From positions 1 to 32,015 of the forward strand of contig JBBIJD010000010.1 in NCBI GenBank assembly GCA_037446135.1: DNA of 32,015 nucleotides, given 5' to 3'. The notes under the pieces were generated by a model. It searched no databases, was not told the DNA's origin, and saw only the letters and a program-made list of their open reading frames with translations. Source of the stretch: Candidatus Fraserbacteria bacterium. Its GTDB lineage: Bacteria; Bipolaricaulota; Bipolaricaulia; RBG-16-55-9; JANLFV01. Numbering within the stretch: the stretch's first letter is position 1; each line of letters opens with the position of its first letter. Below, piece after piece: positions 24,402 through 32,015 of the stretch. Position numbers and translations under genes: made by a program.

Positions 24402-25704
24402 GAGAAGCCTACTGCAGAGGATCCGGGACCACTCCGCGATAGTGGGCGTGGTCGGCCTGGGCTATGTCGGCCTACCCTTCGCTGTGGAGAAGGCCAAGGT
24501 CGGCTTCAAGGTGATCGGGATCGAGCAGAACCCCCTCCGGGCCGAGAAGGTCAACCGTGGAGAGAACTATATCGGCGATGTAAAGGATGAGGAACTCCGG
24601 GAGCTCGTAGCTAAAGGGCTCATCCATGCGGAGACCGACTTCCGCGCCGCGTCAGAGATGGATGTGCTCGTGATCTGTGTCCCTACTCCCCTCACTAAGA
24701 ACCTCACCCCGGATCTTCAGTATGTCGAGCGGGTAACCCGGGAGATTGCGAGGCGCCTTAGGCCGGGCCAGCTCATAAGCCTGGAGTCCACCACTTACCC
24801 CGGGACGACTGAAGAGGTGATGCTCCCCATCCTCGAGGGCTCGGGCCTGAAGGCCGAACAAGACTTCTTCCTCGTTCATTCCCCCGAACGCGTCGATCCC
24901 GGAAACAAGCGCTATACCACCCGCAACACCTGCAAGGTGGTCGGCGGGGTCGGGCCAGACTCCTTGGAGGTCGGGGTGGCCTTCTACTCCCAGACCGTGG
25001 AGAAGGTGATCCCCGTCTCCAGCGCTAAGGTGGCGGAGCTGGTGAAAGTTTTTGAAAACACCTTCCGCGCGGTGAACATCGCCTTAGTGAACGAGCTCGC
25101 CCTCCTCTGCGATCGGATGGGCCTCAATGTTTGGGAAGTTTTGGAAGCCGCCTTCACCAAGCCCTTCGGGATCATGCCCTTCTGGCCCGGACCGGGCGTG
25201 GGCGGCCACTGCATCCCTGTGGACCCGCACTACCTCGAGTGGAAGGCCAAGGAGCTCAACTTCAACACCCACTTCATCGCCCTAGCTGGGGAGATCAACC
25301 GCCGGATGCCGGAGTTCGTAAAGGAAAAAGCTACCCGCGTTCTCAACCGCCTGGGCATCCCCCTCTCGAAAGCCAAGGTCCTCGTTCTAGGAGTGGCCTA
25401 CAAGCGGGACCTCGACGACTACCGGGAGTCGCCGGCTATCGAGCTGATCCGACTCCTCTTGGCCGACGGAGCGGAGGTGCGCTACCATGACCCTTACATC
25501 CCGCGATTCCAGGCCGAGGGGCTAGCGATGGAGAGCATCGAGCTGACGCCGGAGGTGCTCGCGGCCCAAGACCTGGTGATCATCGCCACGGATCACAGCG
25601 GGATCGACTACGCTTGGGTGGTGGCCCACTCTCGCCATATCTTCGACACCCGGAACGCCACCAAGGATGTCCGAGACCATCGGGAGCGGATCACCCTACT
25701 ATGA
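24388..25704 (+). CDS. wbpA: UDP-N-acetylhexosamine 6-dehydrogenase (WbpA-like)
   Basis: GLGYVGLP, CVPTP, ESTTYPGTT, SPER, GPGVGGHCIP, YK..D.RESP. Confidence 0.85.
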   Translation: MSDHKRSLLQRIRDHSAIVGVVGLGYVGLPFAVEKAKVGFKVIGIEQNPLRAEKVNRGENYIGDVKDEELRELVAKGLIHAETDFRAASEMDVLVICVPTPLTKNLTPDLQYVERVTREIARRLRPGQLISLESTTYPGTTEEVMLPILEGSGLKAEQDFFLVHSPERVDPGNKRYTTRNTCKVVGGVGPDSLEVGVAFYSQTVEKVIPVSSAKVAELVKVFENTFRAVNIALVNELALLCDRMGLNVWEVLEAAFTKPFGIMPFWPGPGVGGHCIPVDPHYLEWKAKELNFNTHFIALAGEINRRMPEFVKEKATRVLNRLGIPLSKAKVLVLGVAYKRDLDDYRESPAIELIRLLLADGAEVRYHDPYIPRFQAEGLAMESIELTPEVLAAQDLVIIATDHSGIDYAWVVAHSRHIFDTRNATKDVRDHRERITLL

Positions 25705-26651
25705 CTACGAAGGTCGGGCTGATCGGCGCCGGCGGCTGGGGGAAGAACCTGGCTCGGACACTGTATGAGTTGGACGCCCTCGGGGGGATCGCCGAGCTCC
25801 GCTCGGAGATCCGGGCTGAGCTCGGGTCTCTCTACCCCGATGTAGCCCTGCATCCTGATTCCTCCGCCCTCCTCCAGACTGGCTTACCCGCGGTGGTGAT
25901 CGCTACCCCAGCCGCCACCCACTTCGCCCAGGCCAAGGAGGCGCTTCTCGCGGGGAAACATGTATTCGTGGAGAAGCCCTTGGCTCTTCGGGCCGCCGAG
26001 GCCGAAGAGCTCGTGGCTCTGGCCCGTAAGGTCGGGAAGACCCTGATGGTCGGTCATCTCCTCCTCTATCAGCCGGCCATCCGCTGGATCAGGGATTTCT
26101 TGGATTCCGGGGGGATAGGGGCTCCCTGGAGCCTTCACCAGGAGCGGCTCAATCTCGGTAAAGTTCGGACCGTGGAGAACGCCCTCTTAAGCCTCGGGGT
26201 CCACGATGTGGCCGTCCTCCTCTACCTCATCGGCCAGGCCCCGGAGCGGGTCACGGCCCACGGCCAGGCCGTCCTCCAGCTTGGTGTGGAGGATGATGTT
26301 CATCTTCATCTACAGTTTCCCAAGGGAGTCCAGGCCCACATCCATTGCTCCTGGCTCTGGCCGGAGAAGCGCCGCCGGCTCACGATCATCGGCTCAAGAG
26401 GGATGTTGGTCTATGATGAGATCGACCAAACCGTGGTCCTTCACCGGAGAGGCATCAATGCTGACCTCTCGATCCATGACGAAGGGGCAGAGGTGGCCTT
26501 CCGCGGGCATGGCCAGCCCCTGAGGCTCGAGCTTGAACACTTCCTGGAATGCGTGAGGGAAGGGAGGCGACCCCTCTCCGATGGGGAGAGCGCGGTCCCG
26601 GTAGTGCAGGTTCTCGAGGAGGCGACACGGCAGCTCAGGGAGGCCCGATGA
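25701..26651 (+). CDS. Gfo/Idh/MocA oxidoreductase (WbpB-like 3-dehydrogenase)
   Basis: GAGGWG, HVFVEKP, VGH, VHD; position in the wbp cluster. Confidence 0.8.
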   Translation: MTTKVGLIGAGGWGKNLARTLYELDALGGIAELRSEIRAELGSLYPDVALHPDSSALLQTGLPAVVIATPAATHFAQAKEALLAGKHVFVEKPLALRAAEAEELVALARKVGKTLMVGHLLLYQPAIRWIRDFLDSGGIGAPWSLHQERLNLGKVRTVENALLSLGVHDVAVLLYLIGQAPERVTAHGQAVLQLGVEDDVHLHLQFPKGVQAHIHCSWLWPEKRRRLTIIGSRGMLVYDEIDQTVVLHRRGINADLSIHDEGAEVAFRGHGQPLRLELEHFLECVREGRRPLSDGESAVPVVQVLEEATRQLREAR

Positions 26652-27241
26652 AGGAGAACGATTACTTCGTCCATGAGTCGGCCTATGTGGACCCTGGGGC
26701 CAAGATCGGGAAGGGGACCAAGATCTGGCACTTCTCTCATGTGATGGCCGGGGCGGAGATCGGGGAGGACTGCACTTTGGGCCAGAATGTCTTTGTAGCC
26801 AAGAACGCGAGGATCGGGAGCAATGTGAAGATCCAAAACAATGTCTCCGTCTACGAAGGTGTAATCCTTGAGGACGATGTCTTCTGCGGGCCGAGCTGTG
26901 TCTTTACTAATGTCAAGACCCCGCGCGCGGCCTTCCCCAGGAATCGGAGCGAGGACTACATCCCTACTCGGGTGAAGCGGGGGGCCAGTATCGGGGCGAA
27001 TGCCACGATCGTCTGCGGGGTGACCATCGGGGAGTGGGCCTTCGTGGCCGCTGGGGCGGTGGTGACCAAAGATGTGCCTCCCTACGCATTGGTGGCTGGT
27101 ATACCAGCACGCCAAATGGGCTGGGCTTGTCGCTGCGGTGTTCCCTTAAAGTTCGGAGGTGAGGAGACTAGCTGTAAAGCCTGCGGGCGCCGTTACCGGA
27201 AGGTGGGGGATAAGATCGAACATTTAGGGGAAGGGCCATGA
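26648..27241 (+). CDS. wbpD: hexapeptide-repeat N-acetyltransferase (WbpD/WlbB-like)
   Basis: [33 protein letters not shown]. Confidence 0.85.
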   Translation: MKENDYFVHESAYVDPGAKIGKGTKIWHFSHVMAGAEIGEDCTLGQNVFVAKNARIGSNVKIQNNVSVYEGVILEDDVFCGPSCVFTNVKTPRAAFPRNRSEDYIPTRVKRGASIGANATIVCGVTIGEWAFVAAGAVVTKDVPPYALVAGIPARQMGWACRCGVPLKFGGEETSCKACGRRYRKVGDKIEHLGEGP

Positions 27242-28380
27242 AAATTCCCGTTTTAGACTTAACAAGGCAATATCGAGCGATCCAAGGGGAGATCGACTCG
27301 GCAATTCGGCGTGTTCTCGAATCTGGTCACTTTATTTTAGGGCCGGAAGTAGAGGCGTTCGAGCAAGAGGTCGCCCAATATCTTGGAGTCAAACATGCGA
27401 TCGGGGTAGCGAGCGGGACGGATGCCCTCCTTTTGGCGCTCAAGGCTCTAGGGATCGGCCCCGGCGCTGGTGTCCTCGTCCCGAGCTTCACCTTCTTCGC
27501 CACTGCCGGTGTTGTGGTCAATGTAGGAGCCACCCCGGTCTTTGTGGATATCGATCCCAAGACCTACAATATCTCGCCGGAAAGTATGGCCGAGGTCCTC
27601 AAGCAGCACCCCTTACGCGAGAATCTCGGGGCTGTGATCCCGGTCCACCTCTATGGCCAGCCCGCGGATATGGACGAGATCATGAGCCTTGCCGATGAGC
27701 ACGGCCTTTATGTTGTCGAGGACGCGGCTCAAGCTATCGGCGCGGAATATAAAGGCCAAAAGGTCGGAACGATCGGCCATCTCGGCTGCTTTAGCTTCTT
27801 CCCCACCAAGAACCTCGGGGCCTATGGGGATGGCGGGCTGGTGGTCACAAACGACGATGAACTGGCCGAGAAGGTGAGGCTGCTTCGGGTCCACGGCGCT
27901 CGGCCCAAGTATTACCATCGGCTGGTGGGGACGAACTCCCGGTTGGACGCCCTCCAGGCGGCCATCCTCCGGGTCAAACTCAAGCACCTGGATGAGTGGA
28001 CCTCTGCCCGCCGGGCCATCGCCGGGCTGTATGATGAGCAGCTCCAAGGGCTGGAGGGGCTTGAGCCCCCTCATCGGGCCCCGGAGCGGACCCACATCTT
28101 CCACCAGTATACGATCCGACTAACCGGCGGTGGCCGCGATGCCCTGCAGAGGTATTTGGAAGAGCAGGGGATCGGCACCGCGGTGTATTACCCCCTGCCG
28201 CTCCACCTCCAGGAGTGCTTTCGACATCTGGGCTATGATGAGGGGGAGCTGCCGGAATCGGAGCGGGCCGGCCGAGAGGTCCTATCGCTCCCGATGTTCC
28301 CCGAGCTCACTGAGGCGGAAGTGAGCTATGTGGTCACCCGGATACGAGAGAGGCTGAGATCCCATTCCCATGGCCGGTGA
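27238..28380 (+). CDS. DegT/DnrJ/EryC1/StrS aminotransferase (WbpE-like)
   Basis: [38 protein letters not shown]. Confidence 0.9.
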   Translation: MKIPVLDLTRQYRAIQGEIDSAIRRVLESGHFILGPEVEAFEQEVAQYLGVKHAIGVASGTDALLLALKALGIGPGAGVLVPSFTFFATAGVVVNVGATPVFVDIDPKTYNISPESMAEVLKQHPLRENLGAVIPVHLYGQPADMDEIMSLADEHGLYVVEDAAQAIGAEYKGQKVGTIGHLGCFSFFPTKNLGAYGDGGLVVTNDDELAEKVRLLRVHGARPKYYHRLVGTNSRLDALQAAILRVKLKHLDEWTSARRAIAGLYDEQLQGLEGLEPPHRAPERTHIFHQYTIRLTGGGRDALQRYLEEQGIGTAVYYPLPLHLQECFRHLGYDEGELPESERAGREVLSLPMFPELTEAEVSYVVTRIRERLRSHSHGR

Positions 28381-28750
28381 GGACCTGCTCGTTCAGGTTA
28401 AGGAGATCAAGGGGCGATGTCCCGTCTACCGGGAGGGTGATTTCTTCCGCATTGCGGAGGGGTTCAAGCTCATAGCAGAACGGCCCTTGTGCATGCACGC
28501 CCTCGCCTCGCTGATGCCTTACTATGTGGCCTTAAGCCATGGGGTCTCGCTGGTAGAGCTGGGACTAGCCGGGGCTGAGGCTGAGGAAGGGGAAGGCCGG
28601 GGCCGAGTGGCTTACATCCAGTGCCTCGACCCTTGCGAGCGCACCGGCGGTGGAACGGTAGTTTTCGCCATCTCTAAATCCAAATCTAAAGATGGTTGCG
28701 GCGGGCCCAGGGGGATTTCAGTTATTAGATTATGGGGGTCACCTACATAA
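28370..28750 (+). CDS. small Cys-containing protein (TIGR04076-like)
   Basis: KGRCPVY..GD, LCMHAL, QCLDP...GGGTVVF. Confidence 0.7.
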   Translation: MAGEDLLVQVKEIKGRCPVYREGDFFRIAEGFKLIAERPLCMHALASLMPYYVALSHGVSLVELGLAGAEAEEGEGRGRVAYIQCLDPCERTGGGTVVFAISKSKSKDGCGGPRGISVIRLWGSPT

Positions 28751-29088
28751 TAGAAGGGGTCGTCACCGGCCCTACAGGCAAGCGGGCCTCGGTCCACCTC
28801 CTGGTAGATAGCGGGGCGACCTATACGCTTTTGCCTGAGAAGGTCTGGAAGGAGATCGAGCTGGTCCCGAAACGGTCCGTTACCTTCGTCTTGGCCGACG
28901 GCACGATGGTAGAGCGCAAGGTCTCCGAATGCCATATCTCCCTCCCCCAGGGAGAGGGCCATACCCCAGTGATCTTGGGGGAGCCTAAGGATAAGGCCTT
29001 GCTAGGCGTGGTAACCTTGGAGATCTTTGGATTGATCTTGAACCCTTTCACCAGGGAGCTGCAGCCGATACGGATGCTATTAATTTGA
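28732..29088 (+). CDS. clan AA (retropepsin-like) aspartyl protease
   Basis: LVDSGATYT, LADG, LLGVVTLE. Confidence 0.85.
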   Translation: MGVTYIIEGVVTGPTGKRASVHLLVDSGATYTLLPEKVWKEIELVPKRSVTFVLADGTMVERKVSECHISLPQGEGHTPVILGEPKDKALLGVVTLEIFGLILNPFTRELQPIRMLLI

Positions 29089-29113
29089 TCGGTTTAGGAA
29101 GGCAAACTCGGCC

Positions 29114-30310
29114 ATGAAGCTCATGAACATCGTCGGTGCCCGGCCGCAGTTCATTAAGGTCGCGCCCATCTTGAAGGCCATTGAAGAGCATAATCAAGCT
29201 CATGCCGAAGACCCGATTTGGGAGATCCTGGTCCATACCGGTCAGCATTACGACTACGAGCTCTCTCAAGTCTTCTTCGATGAACTAGGGCTCAAGGCCC
29301 CGGATTACCACCTGGGCGTGGGCTCTGGAACCCACGGATACCAGACCGGGGAGATGCTCAAGCGGATCGAAGAGGTGCTTCTCAAAGAGAAGCCCGACCT
29401 GGTGATGGTCTATGGCGATACCAATAGCACCCTGGCCGGAGCTCTTGCGGCGGCCAAGCTTTACATCCCCGTGGCTCATGTGGAAGCTGGGCTCAGAAGT
29501 TTTAACCGCCGGATGCCCGAGGAGATAAACCGTGTGCTCACAGACCATGTTTCTACCTTCCTTTTCTGCCCAACTCGCACCGCCGTGGAAAACCTCCGCC
29601 GCGAGGGCTTTACCAACATCCTCAACGATGGTCACCTCCTCCCCCTCGCCTCCGCCCCTCTGCCCCTTACCCCTTCTCCCTCTAAGCCCGTCGTAATCAA
29701 CACCGGCGACGTCATGTATGATGCGGTCCTCCTTTACGGAGAAGTTGCCGAGAGACGTTCCAATATTCTCCAGAGGCTCGAATTAGAACCCAAAAACTAT
29801 GCCCTGGCCACCGTCCACCGGGCGGAGAACACCGATGATCCCGAGCGGTTAAAAGGGATCTTCCAGGGCTTGGCTGCCCTTGCCCAGGAAGGCCTTCCCG
29901 TGGTCGTCCCGCTCCACCCCCGCACCCGCCATGCCCTCTCCAATCTATCCCCTACCCCTTATCCATCTAACCTAAGTCTCATCGAACCGGTTTCCTATCT
30001 GGACATGCTGGTATTGGAGAAGAACGCCAAGGTCATCCTCACCGACTCCGGCGGGGTCCAGAAGGAGGCCTTCTTCTTCGGGGTGCCCTGCGTGACCCTA
30101 AGGGAGGAGACGGAGTGGGTGGAAACAGTGGAAGCGGGGTGGAACGTGCTGGCGGGCTGTGATCCAAAGCGTATTGTGGAAGCAGCCAGAATGTTACGAC
30201 CAGCAGTTGAGGGCGGAACTCCATATGGGGATGGCCACGCAGCGGAACGACTGGTAGAATGTGTGGTGAGTAAAGGCAACCAAATGAAGATCAGTAAGGG
30301 AAGGAGGTGA
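29114..30310 (+). CDS. wecB: non-hydrolysing UDP-GlcNAc-type 2-epimerase (WecB/WbpI family)
   Basis: GARPQFIK, HTGQHYD, YGDTNST, HVEAGLRS, PEEINR, TDSGGVQKEA. Confidence 0.9.
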   Translation: MKLMNIVGARPQFIKVAPILKAIEEHNQAHAEDPIWEILVHTGQHYDYELSQVFFDELGLKAPDYHLGVGSGTHGYQTGEMLKRIEEVLLKEKPDLVMVYGDTNSTLAGALAAAKLYIPVAHVEAGLRSFNRRMPEEINRVLTDHVSTFLFCPTRTAVENLRREGFTNILNDGHLLPLASAPLPLTPSPSKPVVINTGDVMYDAVLLYGEVAERRSNILQRLELEPKNYALATVHRAENTDDPERLKGIFQGLAALAQEGLPVVVPLHPRTRHALSNLSPTPYPSNLSLIEPVSYLDMLVLEKNAKVILTDSGGVQKEAFFFGVPCVTLREETEWVETVEAGWNVLAGCDPKRIVEAARMLRPAVEGGTPYGDGHAAERLVECVVSKGNQMKISKGRR

Positions 30311-30314
30311 AGAG

Positions 30315-30509
30315 ATGGCCAGTGTTAAGGACCTAAGCATCGATGATTTGGAACACTTGATCGAGCAGAAAGTCCTGGAAATGCTTGGGGACCCGGATTC
30401 GGGGCTGGAATTACGCGAGGAGTTCAAGAAGGAACTCGAGGAACGCTTAGCCAAGCCTTCCAAGAAGGTTCCTCAGCGAGAGGTGTTAAATAGATTTGGT
30501 CACGATTGA
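30315..30509 (+). CDS. small putative antitoxin
   Basis: 64 aa, DPDSGLELREEF motif, GGAGGT RBS, overlaps a relE remnant. Confidence 0.7.
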   Translation: MASVKDLSIDDLEHLIEQKVLEMLGDPDSGLELREEFKKELEERLAKPSKKVPQREVLNRFGHD

Positions 30510-30668
30510 ATGGACAGAAGCCGCGGTACGAGACATCGAAAAGCTCGATAAGAAGCTCGAATCGAATGGGTCTCCAAGAATTTTGCGAGGGTCATCCCGG
30601 AGCCGTTAAGCGGGGCATTGAAAGGGGTTTACAAGCTCCGTGTGGGCGATTGGCGCGTCATCTACTAA
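30496..30668 (+). pseudogene. RelE-family toxin pseudogene
   Basis: frame 1 MVTIEWTEAAVRDIEKLDK; frameshift near 30560; frame 3 EWVSKNF...PEPLSGALKGVYKLRVGDWRVIY then TAA 30666-30668. Confidence 0.8.
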
Positions 30669-30744
30669 CATAAATTGCCGGGGAGCTTTGGGAACTCGGC
30701 CGGCGGAGAGGGTGGAGGCCATACCTCAGCGGAGGATGTAAACG

Positions 30745-31092
30745 GTGAACCTTGGGGAGAGGCGAGCCGCCTATTTGCAAAAACTTGAGCAATCCCTTGA
30801 GCGGCTGGTTCAGGTTCTATCGACCAGGCCTGAAGTGGAGCGCATTATCCTTTTTGGCTCCTATGCCCATGGGCGGAGGGATCTCCTGACTGATCTGGAT
30901 GTGCTGGTGATCATGCACACCGATCTCCCGCCCCTGGAGCGCTTGAGACTCCTCTACCAGAGCCTGGCCCTTCCGGTCGATTTAGATCTCTTGTGCTATA
31001 CTCCCGAGGAATTGGAGGCGAGGAAGAGAAACCCTTTCTTGAAAGCGATCCTGGAGGAGGGGATTGTGCTCTATGAGAAGAAGCCCGTTTGA
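30745..31092 (+). CDS. minimal nucleotidyltransferase (MNT)
   Basis: ILFGSYAHG...TDLDVLV, DLLCYTPEE. Confidence 0.88.
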   Translation: MNLGERRAAYLQKLEQSLERLVQVLSTRPEVERIILFGSYAHGRRDLLTDLDVLVIMHTDLPPLERLRLLYQSLALPVDLDLLCYTPEELEARKRNPFLKAILEEGIVLYEKKPV

Positions 31093-31492
31093 AGAGGGCA
31101 GAAGGTGGCTAGACCAAGCTAAAGAGGATCTGAAATGGGCCAAGGAGCTGGTCCGGCTCGGCGGGTACCACATCGCTTGTTTTCTGGCCCAACAGATCGC
31201 GGAAAAGGCCCTGAAGGGGTATCTCTATGCCCAGGGAGAAGAAGTGGTCTTGGGGCATTCCGTGGAGCGGCTGTGCGCCACTGCGGCCGCATATAATCAA
31301 AGCTTTTCGGAAAAGCAGCGGACCTGGGCGATCCTCGATGGCTATTATGTTCCCACTCGCTACCCCAACAGCCTTCCCGATAGCATCCCGGCATGGGTGT
31401 ATACGGAGGGAGCCGCGCACGAGGCCCTCGCTCTTGCCGAAGAGGTGGTGGCGGTTGTGGAGGCGGAACTCGGCCCCAAAGAATCCGGGTGA
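31073..31492 (+). CDS. HEPN-domain protein (alternative start TTG 31064)
   Basis: ACFLAQQIAEKALK, GHS, YVPTRYPNS. Confidence 0.88.
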   Translation: MRRSPFEEGRRWLDQAKEDLKWAKELVRLGGYHIACFLAQQIAEKALKGYLYAQGEEVVLGHSVERLCATAAAYNQSFSEKQRTWAILDGYYVPTRYPNSLPDSIPAWVYTEGAAHEALALAEEVVAVVEAELGPKESG

Positions 31493-31605
31493 GGGAGCCG
31501 GTATGCGCGGAGGGCGCGGAAAACGGGTTGGGGCTCCCCTGTAAGCGGGCGAGGGAGGCATGGCGCGGCCAAGCCAAAATCCAGTAAAGTCAGCGGTGGG
31601 AGGCG

Positions 31606-31932
31606 ATGATGGCCAATCGCGTGCGCGACTGGTTTGCTCAAGCGGAGAGGGATCTTGAGCAAGCCCGAGATTCCCGAGCCCAAGGGCGCCACGAGTGGGC
31701 CTGCTTCGCGGCCCATCAGGCCGCGGCGAAGGCCGTCAAGGCCCTTCACTTGCGCCTCGGGCAAGAGGCCTGGGGCCATGTAGTAGCCAAGCTCCTCCGG
31801 GAGCTGCCCTCAGGCGTGGCCGTGCCGGAGAAGCTCGGAGCGCCGTTCGAGCACTATGGCCCGCTCCAGAGCGAGGAGGCGATCCAATATGCCGGTGAGA
31901 TCCTTGGATTCGTCCGTGCTCAGATGGCCTGA
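31606..31932 (+). pseudogene. HEPN protein with an in-frame internal deletion (probably inactive)
   Basis: WACFAAHQAAAKAVKA, WGH; lacks the ~22 aa LD..YIP.RYPN..P segment present in both other HEPNs in this window. Confidence 0.7.
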
Positions 31933-32015
31933 TGCCACTACCGTGCATCAAGCGGTTTGCCGCTGGGCCAGGGAGGCCGCCCGGACGAGGCCGGAGGTGC
32001 TCCGTGTCGGGTACT
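31889..32015 (+). CDS. 5' part of an MNT nucleotidyltransferase, running off the window end
   Basis: ATG 31889 after GAGGAGG; MPVRSLDSSVLRWPD...VLRVGY just before the expected FGS motif; same overlap architecture as 23066. Confidence 0.7.
   Translation, partial: MPVRSLDSSVLRWPDATTVHQAVCRWAREAARTRPEVLRVGY

Noticed and set aside
1744..28380. Very frequent CTCGAG/GAGCTC hexamers
   Set aside because: Largely explained by Leu-Glu/Glu-Leu codon pairs (CTC, GAG); an excess cannot be shown without a codon-shuffled count.
1..32015. CRISPR arrays, tRNA/rRNA genes, transposases or integrases
   Set aside because: None recognised; the palindromic repeats are dispersed rather than regularly spaced.

Overview
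GC-rich bacterial window (anaerobe-like gene content; Bipolaricaulota/Acetothermia-like is only a guess) with three parts. (1) 1-1740: a less GC-rich islet with a RelBE-type toxin-antitoxin pair, a degenerate attC-like site and a PD-(D/E)xK-like ORF. (2) 1744-22621: a minus-strand, tightly coupled ~18.5 kb block: B12 radical SAM gene, korDABC, HdrA-MvhD fusion, HdrC, HdrB, soluble fumarate reductase/succinate dehydrogenase FeS and flavoprotein subunits, HdrD-like protein, (homo)isocitrate dehydrogenase-family enzyme, HD protein, SCS-beta-like subunit, SCS-alpha/citrate-synthase-fold fusion (ATP-citrate-lyase-like) and MmgE/PrpD. A GltD/NfnB-like flavoprotein and a Cys-bearing Crp/Fnr regulator are transcribed divergently. 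Four Fnr-like boxes occur as two pairs 22 bp apart, three at exact class II (-41.5) spacing from -10 hexamers. A 14-16 bp palindrome GCGTGGCGCGCCACGC recurs inside these genes. (3) 22688-32015: a wzz-wbpABDE...wbpI-type diacetamido-uronic acid polysaccharide locus, bracketed by HEPN/MNT pairs and a decayed relE. The best candidate for an undescribed system is the Fnr-type-regulated, Hdr-coupled TCA-segment operon with no aconitase gene in the window.
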